Source: Leptogorgia sarmentosa | Taxonomy: Eukaryota | Assembly: GCA_964658305.1 (NCBI GenBank) | Contig: OZ210885.1 | Span: forward strand, 16,058,001 to 16,122,000 | DNA: 64,000 bases | Direction of reading: 5' to 3' | Shown here: positions 24,944-38,572 of the stretch, in pieces | Position numbering within the stretch: position 1 is the stretch's first letter | Layout: every line of letters starts with the position of its first letter | Translations under genes and position numbers: made by a program | Notes under the pieces: generated by a model | Told to the model about the DNA's origin: nothing | Database searches by the model: none | The model's input: the letters and a program-made list of their open reading frames with translations, nothing else

Positions 24944-26613
24944 CAGTACATTCGTTTTGATTATGCAAATCGAAGTTCTAGCTATACAATACGAATCAAT
25001 GTGGAAATAATAGCTGTAAACATATATGTGGTAAAAGAAGCTATAATTGTTTGTCCAGTGCATAATATTAATAGCTAAAATGATATTTGTGAACAATTAT
25101 ATGCTTGAAAAACGAAATAAGTCACGTCTGAAAGCGTCCGGCTTCATTACGCAAGGTAGTTTACTGAGCACACAAACATGGGCAACAACAGAGATTAAAA
25201 ATTACGGTTAAAAATTACGTCAATGTTAGGCAGTGGAAGTCTACGCTCGGAATAGCAAAAAATATGAATCGTGACCATAGAACCATCAAGAAATTTGTGT
25301 TTTCTGGCAAAAGCAAGAGAAAAACGCCAAAAAGAAGCCATTTGAGAAGGCTATCCCATAGGGACATTCGCAAACTAAAGATTGAGATTGCAAAGACACC
25401 CCACGCAACAAGTAAAACAATATTTGACAAAGCTGATGTCCCAAAAATGGGGAAAATGGCCCGATGCCAAACTCTGAAAAGTCTCGTCAAAGTGATGAAA
25501 CCAATAAAACAACCTCCATTTACCAAAATTCATCAATCGAAAAGGTTAGAATGGGCTCAGAGGTATATGAAGACAGATTTCCAGAATGTGTTGTTCACAG
25601 ATGAGTGCCATGCTACCCTCGATGGACCGGATGGTTGGTCGTCCGCTTGGATACTCCATGGTCGTCAACCCTAAGTTAGGATTCGTTGTCAACCCCAAGT
25701 TAGGATTCGTCGTCAACCCCAAGTTAGGATTCGTCGTCAACAAGGTGGCAGAGGGGTAATGTTTTGGGCAGGAATCAAAGGAGACTTCATTATTGGACCG
25801 TTCAAATCGAGCAAGGGGTTAAAATTAATTCAGAATCTTACTGCGAGCTCCTTAACAAATACCCCATGCCTTGGTTGGAGGAGCAGCCTCTGTCTCTGTG
25901 GAGAACCATGATTTTCCAGCACGACAATGCCCCCATGCATAAATCGAAGTACACCTCTGAATGGCTTAAAAAAGCTGGCTTCAACAACGACAAGGTGATG
26001 ATGTGGCCTCCGAATAGCCCGGATTTAAATCCCATCGAGAACTTGTGGGCAATCATCAAGAGGAGTATACTGCAATGGAAGGCAATTTACAAACTTGAAT
26101 GACCTCTGGAATGCTATTAAAAAAGTCTCGGCATCGATAACACCTACTGAAATATCAAATCTTACCACTTCAGTTGACCAACGCCTTGTGAAAATTCTAG
26201 GAAATAATGGATGTCATGTTCATGCATAATAGCATGACATGTCAATTTATCGCTTTCATTGTACAGCCACATATTTTCCAAACCAGATTGAATTTTTGTG
26301 TTTCGCTTGTTGTTGGCTGATGGTTTTTAATTATAAAGTATGTTGCAGCTATTTGTTTTGTGATATGAGCCCAATATCAGCCTTGAAATATCGTAAATGG
26401 CAAGTTGCATAATCAGAGCGAACATCAGTTTTTACATTATTTCACAAAGTGGTGTGATTAAAATTGATTTGTTCTAATATTTTAATATTTTGGTTTATAA
26501 AATTTACGTACGGATGTGATATAATCATCTACTGTTGCAATTTTGAAAACGGGTAGCTGAAGAAAGTTCCAGCATGTATATTATGGATTTGCATAATCAA
26601 AACGAACATACTG
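24944..26613 (+). mobile_element. Tc1/mariner DNA transposon
   Basis: TIRs CAGTACATTCGTTTTGATTATGCAAATC / GATTTGCATAATCAAAACGAACATACTG with TA on both sides. Confidence 0.93.
25178..26229 (+). pseudogene. Tc1 DDE transposase (disrupted)
   Basis: VLFTDE, FQHDNAP and WPPNSPDLNPIENLW. A 24-bp triplication with a stop lies at ~25662-25741, plus frameshifts. Confidence 0.9.
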
Positions 26614-27037
26614 TATAGCGGAAGAAATAGTTTCAGCTACTAAATTATAGAGAAGCAGGGACAGAGTACATCTTTGTCGCACCCCACACATCACTTTTAA
26701 AAGCCTCACTAGTGTACCTGTTGACCAGCACTTGCGAAAAGATCCCAGAATACAGCAATTGTACCCAGGCACAGAAGGATGGGCCAAAATTCATGCGCCT
26801 TCAACATCTATCCCAAATCCACACGGTCGAACGCCTTTTCCTGATCTAAGGATACAATTGCTGCCCCAATGTTACCATGATTTGAAAAATTAACGATGTC
26901 CTGCAGAAGACGCACATGTTCTCCTGAAAAACGACCTGGGACACCGCAGACCTGAGAAGGTGAGACTACTGACGCCAGTACCGACTTCAAGCGATTAGTG
27001 AGTACCTTAGGGACCGTTCATTATTTATATACTAATT

Positions 27038-27135
27038 AATGTCAATGTTGAATTGCTAAAAGTATGCATCAACACAAAGCAAATTCAATGTCAATGTTGA
27101 ATTGCTAAAAGTATGCATCAACACAAAGCAAATTC
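27038..27135. repeat. 49-bp perfect tandem duplication
   Basis: AATGTCAATGTTGAATTGCTAAAAGTATGCATCAACACAAAGCAAATTC twice. Confidence 0.9.
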
Positions 27136-28523
27136 AAATAAAGTGTAAACAAAATCTAAAAATCACTGTCAGATGAAGAGTTGTCACTATATTGAACATC
27201 AATGTCTGATATGACAGTTTGATCACTCAAATCTGTAAGAGCACCAATAAATCTCAAATATGAAATAATCTTTGGATCATTCTTTACAAGTTCCTCACAA
27301 CCGATAATTCTTTGAGCTTTTTTTCCATAAATATTTGGGCAAATCTCTTCAATCTCATCTTCTTGAAAACCGCTTTTCTTTAGCAAAGCCTGTGTGTTGC
27401 GAAGTAGTACTTTCTTACATTTTTTTTTGTTTTTGTAATTTTGTTCTTTCTTTCGTCGTTTCTTCCTTTTTTCATCAAAAGTGGATACATCAACATTGCT
27501 GTATTTTTTATTGTATCTGCGTGACGTAGTGACGCAGATATATTGCTATCGTGTTGTTAGTTGTTAGCTGTTAGCTTGCAGCCAATCAGCGAATTTGTTA
27601 GTTAAATTTAGCCAATAGGCGACAACGTAACATTGAGATGACGTAATTTTCACTGAGCCCACCCGCAAATTTAAGGGAACCAACGTGAAGGTGTGCAAAG
27701 CAGTTCTTGCGGGCTAAATATTACAAAATGGCGGCTGATATAGGCGCGAGCTAAAGAGTGGTGATGTGTTCGTCTGTTTGGTCGTGGATTTTGTTTCGCA
27801 TGAATATCCAGATAAAAAGAAAATATAATGTTCGCAGCGACGAGTGACTTCACTGAAATAGAGGTTAATTTATGAGCGTTTACACCGTTAAGAACACTAT
27901 TTATACTAAGGAAATTTAAACGCAAAAATATCATGACGCAAATTGCAGACATTGGCATTGCTTTTAAAGATATTAATTAAAGAGGTTCGCGTTCGCTATG
28001 CAATTTAGATCATCAAAGCAGAAATATCATGACGCAATTTATACAATTGAACACAGCGAATATTTAAAGTGCCAGTACGATGAAATAAGCTGAACTCCAT
28101 TTACAATTTCCGTTGAGTGGGTAGAAGGGTCAGGGTTATTATTCATATTTTCAGTTGTTTTACCTTGGTTTGCTTGAACAGCTAAGAATTATTTTCATTT
28201 GAAATACGGAAAGTATCATCCGTCATTACCAAGATCGTGTTCCATTACGAGCCAGCGATTGACCGCTGGACAATAACATAGTGACGTCAGATTCTCAACA
28301 TGGCCTACACTTGGCCTACCATCGATTATTGTGATTTGGTATATTTGTCATTTGATATCTCTGAAATGGCTTCGAATTACGATTCATTTAACGAAAATTC
28401 CTCCGAGGAATCTGATGAATCCTTCTACGAAAGCTTTATGCCATATGATGAGAGCTTAAAACCGGTAGCGAATGAAGAAGAGGCAGCTCAATATCGAGTC
28501 GAGAAAGCTAGAGAAGACGAAGA

Positions 28524-30982
28524 GGCTAGATTATAGAATACCCGTCCACTTTTGAAACTATGACTTGTTATCATGATACGATGATACGAAGTGAGAATAA
28601 TGACGTAATATATAGAAAATCCGAGCAAGCTCAAAGTTCCTGGGCAAGATATATTTTTTCGTGATACGATGATACGAAGTGAGAATAATGACGTAATGTA
28701 ATATAGCCGAGTATTTAAAGGAGTCTGGGCAAGGTATATTTTTTCGTGATACGATGATACGAAGTGAGAATATTGACGTAATGTAAGAAGCCTTGCCAAC
28801 ATCTATTTTTTCGTGATATGATGATACCAACTTAAATGTGATTTACCCGCGATTATTCAAAAAGCATGTGTTTCCTAATACAATTAAATCAAGTGAAAAT
28901 AATTATGCTTTTATATTTACTTATGCATATCGTTTTTATAGACCAACCGCACACAAAAACTTGCGAAAACAATACGCTTTCTTCGAAAGCCAACGGTACA
29001 CTATAAGCGTAAACAAACAGTTATTTGTGCTTACAATAATATATATTAGTGTTTACTGTTCGGGTTAGTGTTCAATGTTAGGGTCAGTGTTTACTGTTCT
29101 GGTTAGTGTTCAATGTTAGGGTCAGTGTTTATTGTTCGGGTTTCTTGGAAGGGATTAGCTTGCGTCCACACGTTTTTAACGGAACACATTTATTTATCTC
29201 GGATTTACTGTATATTACGTCATTAATCTCACTTCGTATCATCGTATCACGAAAAAATATACCTTGCTCAGGACCTTTGAGCTTGCTCGGACTTACTATA
29301 TATTACGTCATTAATCTCACTTCGTATCATCGTATCACGAAATAATATACCTTGCCCAGGACCTTTGAGCTTGCTCGGACTTACTATATATTACGTCACT
29401 AATCTCACATCGTATCACGAAAAAATATATCTTGCTCAGGACCTTTGAGCTTGCTCGGACTTACTATATATTACGTCACTAATCTCACTTCGTATCATCG
29501 TATCACGAAAAAATATACCTTGCCCAGGAACTTTGAGCTTGCTCGGACTTATTACATATTACGTTACTAATCTCACTTCGTATCATCGTATCACGAAAAA
29601 ATATACCTTGCTCAGGACCTTTGAGCTTGCTCGGACTTACTATATATTACGTCATTAATCTCACTTCGTATCATCGTATCACGAAAAAATATACCTTGCC
29701 CAGGACCTTTGAGCTTGCTCGGATTTACTATATATTACGTCACTAATCTCACTTCGTATCATCGTATCATCGTATCACGAAAAAATATACCTTGCCCAGG
29801 AACTTTGAGCTTGCTCGGACTTATTATATATTACGTCACTAATCTCACTTATCTCACTTCGTATCATCGTATCACGAAAAAATATACCTTGCCCAGGATC
29901 TTTGAGCTTGCTCGGACTTACTATATATTACGTCATTAATCTCACTTCGTATCATCGTATCATCGTATCACGAAAAAATATACCTTGCTCAGGACCTTTG
30001 AGCTTGCTCGGACTTACTATATATTACGTCATTAATCTCACTTCGTATCATCGTATCACGAAAAAATATACCTTGCCCAGGACCTTTGAGCTTGCTCGGA
30101 CTTACTATATATTACGTCACTAATTTCACATCGTATCACGAAAAAATATACCTTGCTCAGGACCTTTGAGCTTGCTCGGACTTACTATATATTACGTCAC
30201 TAATCTCACTTCGTATCATCGTATCACGAAAAAATATACCTTGCCCAGGAACTTTGAGCTTGCTCGGACTTATTACATATTACGTTACTAATCTCACTTC
30301 GTATCATCGTATCACGAAAAAATATACCTTGCCCAGGAACTTTAAGCTTGCTCGGACTTATTACATATTACGTTACTAATCTCACTTCGTATCACGAAAA
30401 AATATACCTTGCTCAGGACCTTTGAGCTTGCTCGGACTTACTATATATTACGTCATTAATCTCACTTCGTATCATCGTATCACGAAAAAATATACCTTGC
30501 CCAGGACCTTTGAGCTTGCTCGGATTTACTATATATTACGTCACTAATCTCACTTCGTATCATCGTATCACGAAAAAATATACCTTGCCCAGGAACTTTG
30601 AGCTTGCTCGGACTTATTATATATTACGTCACTAATCTCACTTATCTCACTTCGTATCATCGTATCACGAAAAAATATACCTTGCCCAGGATCTTTGAGC
30701 TTGCTCGGACTTACTATATATTACGTCACTAATCTCACTTCGTATCATCGTATCACGAAAAAATATACCTTGCTCAGGAACTTTGAGCTTGCTCGGACTT
30801 ATTATATATTACGTCATTATTCTCACTTCGTATCATCGTATCACGAAAAAATATACCTTGCTCAGGAACTTTGAGCTTGCTTCGGACTTACTATATATTA
30901 CGTCATTATTCTCACTTCGTATCATCGTATCATGATAACAAGTCATAGTTCCAAAAGTGGCGGGGTATTCTATAATCGCTCC
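28524..30982. mobile_element. Non-autonomous foldback TIR element (GG termini, 8-bp TSD; Merlin-like)
   Basis: TSD GACGAAGA at 28516-28523 and 30983-30990. Long inverted termini GG..GATTATAGAATACCC...TGACTTGTTATCATGATACG. No ORF. Confidence 0.8.
29211..30931. repeat. ~88-bp tandem repeat, ~19-20 copies (plus ~3 inverted copies at 28575-28826)
   Basis: Unit TATATTACGTCATTAATCTCACTTCGTATCATCGTATCACGAAAAAATATACCTTGCTCAGGACCTTTGAGCTTGCTCGGACTTACTA. Confidence 0.95.
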
Positions 30983-31809
30983 GACGAAGAAGAGCAAATG
31001 CTAATGTCTCGCTTCTCAAAAGAAGTGGCTTTAAAAGAATGGTTAGTGTTGGCAATCATTTATCCTGGTTCATTGTCGAATTTAACTCTATGTCCAGTAC
31101 AATCACCACAAAATTATTTCTAAAATAACTGCTTCAATATGCTTATTTTTAGGTGCACGTGTGGTTATTGTGACTTAGAACTAGTTTGGAAACCAGACGA
31201 ATGTCGATGTTGTATTGATTACGATAGATGCTTCGAGAAAATGGAGGCATCGAACGTGAGGGGCAATGCATTACAACGCACGTGGCATTCGAAAATGTTT
31301 GCCTTAACAGATGGGTTCTTGATGTGGCAGGGATTAGTTTCAAAAAAAGGGATAAGAGTTCCTACAATTCAGGGAGACAAAATGTTGCTGATAATGAGTA
31401 AGTTTATATATATTCTTATTCTACTAGGCTAGTAGCAAAACAATAACCAACTTTTTTCCAAAGATAACTGTGGAAAATGTATTAACTGCTGTACTACTCT
31501 CCAGGATACTTTAGGTCTGTTGCTTATCGTCAATTTGTTCGATTTGTATGGCAATATATTGGAGCTGGCAAGAGAATACCATTACCATGCTGTGTCTACC
31601 ATAGTATTCGAAAAAAATACCCGAATGCTGACCAAAAATACACTGGCTATGAAGAAGAAGAAGAAGGAGAAGAAGAAGACAAGGGAGGAGAAGAAGGAAG
31701 GGAAAGAGAAGAAGGAAGCAATCAGGGTGGAAGTGAGCAAGATGAACAATATGCATGAATGATTAAAACTTTTATTTCCATCAGGCCAGTGTCCAGTTAC
31801 TTCATGTTA

Positions 31810-34800
31810 TTTTACATTTTCATCCTGTAAGGCTAGGTGCAGAACATTCACCCCTTTTGTGACCTTTTCGAGGGAGTCCACACTTTCGGCATTTTGGTGG
31901 AGCTCGTTTTGTAGACTTTGTTTTTGCCACTGGATTTAGAATGGCTTGAAGTTCAGCATCTAAATTTTAAATAAAGTAAATAATTACTTCATATTAATTT
32001 AAATGTAAAAAATAAGTTTGCTTTTATGTACCTGTACATGTTGCAGGACAAAATACTGTTTCCTTATCTTTTCTCTCTTTGTACTTCTGTTTTGCATCTT
32101 GCTTATCTTCCTTATCATCAAAACTATGGCACATCGGCTCAGGAACTTTGGAGTACAGTTCTTTCTGTAACAACTCAAGCTCTTTCCTTGGTGTTGTCAC
32201 CATCATTGTAAATATTTCATTGACATAATCTGCAAGTATAGTAAACATATAGTTTTGTTATCTAGTACACTCTAAAAGCTCTTGTACACACACCATGTGT
32301 ATCATAGTCTGAAGCTGCATACATTATTTTGAAACTTTGCTATAGCTGCATTACCATAGTTTGACTTTAGTTTCAACTCCCTAACAGTCGCATCACCACC
32401 TTTAAACTTTGGGTACTTCACTGTGAGTCTGGGCTGATTATTTGTATCCATTTTACTCTTACGCTTGGCATTGAAGTTGAAATGTAAAGCAGCAAGAATT
32501 GTTCTACAAAACATAATTCAAAATGCTGTAAACACATGTATATCATTTAGCAAGACTAACGGTAATCATTTTGTATTAAGAACCTGGAATACATCCCCAG
32601 ATAAGAAAATGATAGCATTTTCGGTGCAAACTGGTTGATGATGGAATGATATCCTTCCAAAGAACTTGTTTGCGCTATTGGGGATGCTTGCTTAATTGCC
32701 TTTACCGAGTTCTTCTTTGTGAGAGCATCATAGAGTTTTTGATAAGCATCTGAGCCTGTTAATGATAAATGTCAGATTGTAATAAAAAAGTATGAAGTAT
32801 AAAGCCAAACATTGAAAGGTGGTGAACTGTATGTTTAGGTTGTGTATTTTGAGAGAAAATTCAGTCACTCTAATGAAGGACAATGCTCAAGATGTCAGCA
32901 ACCTAAACATATTTTGCAGTTGGGTGAAAGTTCCTGAAAGAGTAAGGACATCTTTTTACCTTTACTTAACCATAGCTTGGTGGTTTCTATTGTACCATGT
33001 GCACACTTGTTGAAAACTTTATTTGGGATGTCTTTATGTTTGTTTATCACATGTGACAAGAAAGCATGAAACTTGGCAATAATTACTTCACCCTGTTTGG
33101 CAGGAGTTGAAGTAACAGCCCAATAAAAATGCCTTACACAGGCCTTTTGCCACTTGCTGATGATTTCATTCCCTTTCTCCTTCCCTAATTTTGTCAGAGT
33201 CTTTTGAATTTCTGAAAAAATAAGCAATATCCCAAATGACTAACAATTTATTATTTTTGTAGTCTATAGTATCAGGTCTGCATGTTGGAAGTACCCCCTT
33301 TCCAGGCTTTTTAAGGTGTGCAATCTTAATTGGCACATGCATACACTCAGAATAATCAATGCATAGGATTGGACACATTGCTAGAACCATTTTATATATG
33401 GTCTAACTACAAACAAAAAGATACCCAGGGCCCTTACTGGTCAGAATACCCAAACACTTACTTTTTCCAATGTGCCATAAATCAAAAAAATGGTCAATCA
33501 CTGGCTTTCCAAGTTCTTTACACTTTTTCGGACACTCTGTTCGCATCCACTTTGCTGTAGACTGGTGTCTGTCTGAAATGAACGTCTTGATGATAATACC
33601 GGTAGTCAACAAGTATGCAAAACTTCTCTGGTGACCAACAAATTCCATATTTGATGAACTTCCACATTCATTAGCCTACACACAATAAGAATAAGTTATT
33701 CAATTGCTATCATATACTCTGATTGGACAATATAACTTTCTGTATTGTTCATGTTAATTGATCACAGCATCAATCCATACCTGGACAAGTACAATATTTA
33801 TGATAAGCCCAATTGTACAGCACAAAATGGTATATGTTCCAAACTTGGCAGAGTGGCCCATGCTGTCATGCCGGCCATCACCAGCAAGGACCACCTGCTT
33901 TCCATTGAGAGAATTCAAAAGTTTACTTTGGTATCCTCTCCAATACTTGACAATTGCAGGAATTAACAAATGCTTTTGATGGTAATAGTATGTCGGGCTG
34001 TGGTACACCAGGAGACCCATGTGCCGAAATACTAAAAGCACCTTGTTGATGGAAGCACCAGAGCATAACATGGCAAAGCTGAGTAGCATATTTCCAGCAG
34101 GGAACTTCCCCAGAAAATTAGGCTGACTTTTCCAGGTGTATGTTCCCATGCACTTCTTACACTTCGAAGCAACTGTTACCATAGTTCCACTCTGACTCAT
34201 GTTGACATCAGGTTTACAAGAGAAACACAAGTGGCAAGTCTGGAACAACAACAACAGTTTTGACAAGAGAACAATGCTTTTTGGTTCCTCTCTAATATTT
34301 TTGTTGCTGCAGTCAATACTGAAAAGAAAATAATATAATATCAATAACCAACACAGAAATACTCAATATTATATCCCATGATTCACATTTTAGTAACAGA
34401 ATAAAATTATTCATAATCAACCTTGGTTTGGATGCAGTACTATCATCTCCAATTTTTGCATAATCCATCTCTACTTTATCAATGGAAGGACCAAACAGAG
34501 TTGGATCTTCATCGCTGTTGTCATCCATTTCACCAGGTAGACTTCCATCATCTTTATCAAGTTCATCTTCGCTTGACATCAGTTTATCATTATATGGAGA
34601 TATATCAGGATCTGGGACTGTTTTCTCATTTACTTCATCTGTCTGCATACCTTAAAATATAATATTCAATTCATCTTGATACAAGAACTCACAAAATAGG
34701 CATGCACAGTAAAAGGCAGGGGGGAGGGCAATGTGCAATAATATGGGTGTATTCAATTTCATAATCATAATCTTAAGTCGTTTATAAATGGCATCTATCT

Positions 34801-36187
34801 ACCTTCTGATACTAAATTTGCTGGTTGGTGTACACTTTGAAAAACGTTCACCCATTCATCTTGATTTGATTTCCTCAGCTGCTCACTTTTACTTAATTTT
34901 ATTTTCAATGTGTTTATTTGTCGTTTCAGCCTTTTCTTTTCTTTTTTGTTATGCTTGCATGAGGTACAATTATTTTCATACTGTGCACTTAATGGCGTTT
35001 ATAAAATGTGAGATGGGTATAACAATTACTAAAAATTATTAATCAATAGAGTGAGTATATTGATGGTAAGTGACACAAATATTACAAAAAATACAGTTAA
35101 ATCAATTACTTCATTACTCACAGAAGAAAACAATGGATGTTGCTGAATATCAGGATCTGGTGTTGTATCCATCTCAGCAAATGTCACTGGAGCAAAGTCA
35201 TCCTAAATACATAGATTGTATTGTCTGTGTGATTAAAACCTCTAAAATTTAATAATACTGATATTCAAAAAAAAATTAATTACATCATCACAAAACCCAG
35301 TTGCTTCAGCTTCCACCATTTCACTTGTTGTAGGGAAAGAATGTGAATCATCCTGGAATAAATACCAGAACCAAACTTGTTAACTAACATTCCTCTGGTC
35401 ATTTTCACCAAGTTTTGTTTAATATTTTGCACACTAAGCTAATATATATTATATTGACAACACCATTTTTTCATTATTGATGATATCATAATCAATGTGT
35501 GTGTTTTTATTGTCAAACTAAAAAAGAAAGTGAAACACAAGTCAATTTTGTTCTCTGTGAGCATTTTACTAAACACAGCATATAGACCTGTTCAAAGTTT
35601 CCCTCATTTATGAGTGTCTTCTGCCTATAGTTCTTACAAATATATTTGAAATCTATTATAATAAACGCCAGCAGTCGATCGAGATGAAATTACCTTTGTC
35701 GGAGTGCCACTGCCAGAGAAAATTTCCTTTTGTTCCTCGACAATATCCTTTATAATCTAAGCAAAAACAAGTGGTATGTTAAATAGGCCGAATTTCCGAT
35801 ACAGTACTGATTAGTGATTTGGCGTTCAACAACGCATTATATTTAAATTTATACGTAAATGGACGCAAAACATCCCACCTTTCTCCGACTTCGATCAGAT
35901 GTTTCCTTCGAATCGGGCTTTTTCCAGACAGTAGGGATGGAACCTGGCAGAATCACGCGCCTTGATCCTCCGAAATGCAGGCTTTTTGAGAAACACGATG
36001 GCTCAAAATGGACAGAACAGACCATGAAACGTCCAGTGGGATTGAAATTAGCTCTGTGTGTTTTCACAAATTGAACCCACAGGTCACGTTTGTGTTTATC
36101 AACTGGACTTATATGTAAAGAAATACCGCCAGAGGTTTCGGAAGAATTGCTGCAATGTTGAACTTCCAACCATCTACTTCCAACCAT
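31810..36187 (-). CDS. Kolobok transposase 1 (THAP domain + DDE), multi-exon; exon bounds approximate
   Basis: THAP-like exon (VCSVHFEPSCF...GSIPTVW), [49 protein letters not shown] and a C-terminal CRKC...GHK. GT-AG introns visible. Confidence 0.8.
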
Positions 36188-38572
36188 GGCTTAAAAAAAC
36201 TGAAAATCCTTTTGAAATCCTTTTTGCTGTACTTGTTTTCTTCGAACGACTGATTCATGTGCATGGAAGATGTTGAGAATCTGACGTCACTTCCGTCGTC
36301 CGCACCGGCGATCAGCCGGTACCAATTTTAGTAATGGCGGCAAAATATCGTTAATAGATACGGTTTATTTAAATGATGTTCTCTTTTAGCTTGCGAAAGA
36401 AAACTTTCGCATTTTAATATCAGTAACAGTATTTTGGGCACAAAAAAATTGGAAAAAACAACATTTGCTCATTCTCACCGCACTGGCACTTTAAGGTTAT
36501 GAAAGAGTTTAATGTCTTGACACAATTGCGCGTATATTTTCCCTACGATACGGCACTGTCGCACTGACACACTATACATGTTTGGACTGCCCGCGGTGTC
36601 ATTGTCATCATGGAATATCTACTATATTTTGACGCTTCGCCATACGGAATCGTTGAAACATTCAATCCCAGGAAAATAGATTTCGTAGCTTGTAATAAAA
36701 CAAGCGCGAGACAAAACAAACGAAATCATATATAGTTTCAAGTATTCTGTTTTGAACCTACGCGCAATGCGCATACCGCTCATACACACACTTTAGCGTC
36801 TACGCAAATGCGCATGAATGGACGGAATGTATTGTATATAAATATATTATTATGATACGGTATGTGAAAGGGTAAATTTGGTTTTTCGAGAGCCACATTT
36901 TTCACAAACAATCGCAAAGCGCTGTGTCTAAGACACAATAACATAAAATGCGATATCATATGTCGTCAAGTTGCAATTCCTTATGCAATTTGATATATGA
37001 TGGCGGGAATTCCGGAATGCGAGATAGTCATGAAAGCTTATATCAAGTATTGAATACGTCTCCGCACAACCTCACGTCTTGAAAGGAATTAGTATTTGCA
37101 CTATTCGCCTATTCCCTAGCAGTAAACCATTTTATACATGCAAGATCGCGTATTAGGTATAAGATGCGTGTATCGAAAAGCTGAAAACAAATAAGACTTT
37201 ATCATCAAGCTACATAGATGCAGATACATGTACACTTTGTGTACCTATTTTTAAGGACTTTTGCAGTATTTGCAATATCATCTTCAATGGCATTCACTTT
37301 GGCCTTTAACTCAGTTAATACTGCAATAAATCCACTGACAACTTCATTTTCATTTCCAGCCCACTTTTTAAGTTCCATGTCCGTTTCGTAAAGTTGGATT
37401 TTCCTTTTCTTTAAATTGTCTAGTACATCTTCAATATCTTCTCTAGTTGCTTTAATATGGCTAGCTGCCCTGTTCACAAAACTAACATCCTTAAGTGTTG
37501 CATCATCAGGGATGGTTTGGTATTTCTTTACCAATATATTCTCTTTGGGAACTAATCCTTCCTCATACAATTTGGTAACATGCTGCAACTTTTCTATTCT
37601 TTTCTTGGTATTCCATCAAAATTGCCTTTGCCCATTTAAGTCAGATATAAATTGACTCTGCTTCTGTGAATATGCCGACTCATAAATCTCTTTTGTGACA
37701 TCATTAAAATACTTTAATCTTTCTGTCTCGGCCTGTGGTTTTAAAAATCTCTCCCATGGCTTCTTTTCCATGCCACAATTGCTGCTGGGTGCAATCACAA
37801 ATTTTCCACCAGAGATTGTTATTGCTGAAAAGAAAAAAAAATGTAAAATTAATATTCAATGTATATTTATGTTATATTACATTACATCACATTACATTTA
37901 CATTACACTACATACATTATATCGACTATATTGTATCATATTATATTAAATTATACTATATTATATCACATTTATATTATAAAAACAACTTAAATATTAT
38001 ATTATAGAAACAACTATTATTTTAAAGTATATATTTTGTGGAAACTATTATTTTTTAATATTTAAAAAGTGTAATATTTAGGAAAGCCATAAACATGAAA
38101 ATATAGATTCCAAAAGTACAGCAACACAGTTCAAACCTGAACACTTTTATATTGACACAATGACATTGTATATGGAAAAAGGAGTAAAATTAAAACACTT
38201 ACTTCCTTGTTTGGAAGGAGTAGGTTTAATGGAATTGGACTTAGTTTCATCTTGCCTCGTAGAAGGACCTGCAGCAGCAGATCTTAAAGTGGTACTGTGG
38301 TGAAATTTTCGTTTTTGTTTTTTTTACGTTAATGCAAAGTATAACACTTAAGAAGTTTACTTGCGAAATTTTAGCGCGAAATTTGAAATCTTGCGCCAGT
38401 TATACTACGACAAAGTTCGAATTTTGGCGGCCGCCATTAAAATGCGCCATATTGGAAAGGTCATATGTTAAGAGGGCTTGTGACGTCATAGTCTTAACGC
38501 AAGTTGCGCGGAGATAGCTATTGCGGTATATATACAACTACAAATACTTAGTTAGATTGACTTTATTTAATA

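Larger units (their letters stand above)
28366..31762 (+). pseudogene. KolX cysteine-rich accessory protein (P2X7 C-terminal-like), 3 exons, interrupted by an insertion
   Basis: Acidic N-terminus, then CTCGYC...ECRCC, then SVAYRQFVRFVWQYIGAGKRIPLPCC...IRKKYP. The frame AREDEE|EQMLMSRF is restored after removing 28524-30990. Confidence 0.78.
28068..36490 (-). mobile_element. Kolobok DNA transposon 1
   Basis: TTAA duplication (28064-28067, 36491-36494), TIR AGTGCCAGTRCGRTGA, and convergent THAP-transposase and KolX genes. Confidence 0.9.

Noticed and set aside
29106..30123. Short ORFs in the ORF track
   Set aside because: Translations of the 88-bp tandem repeat.
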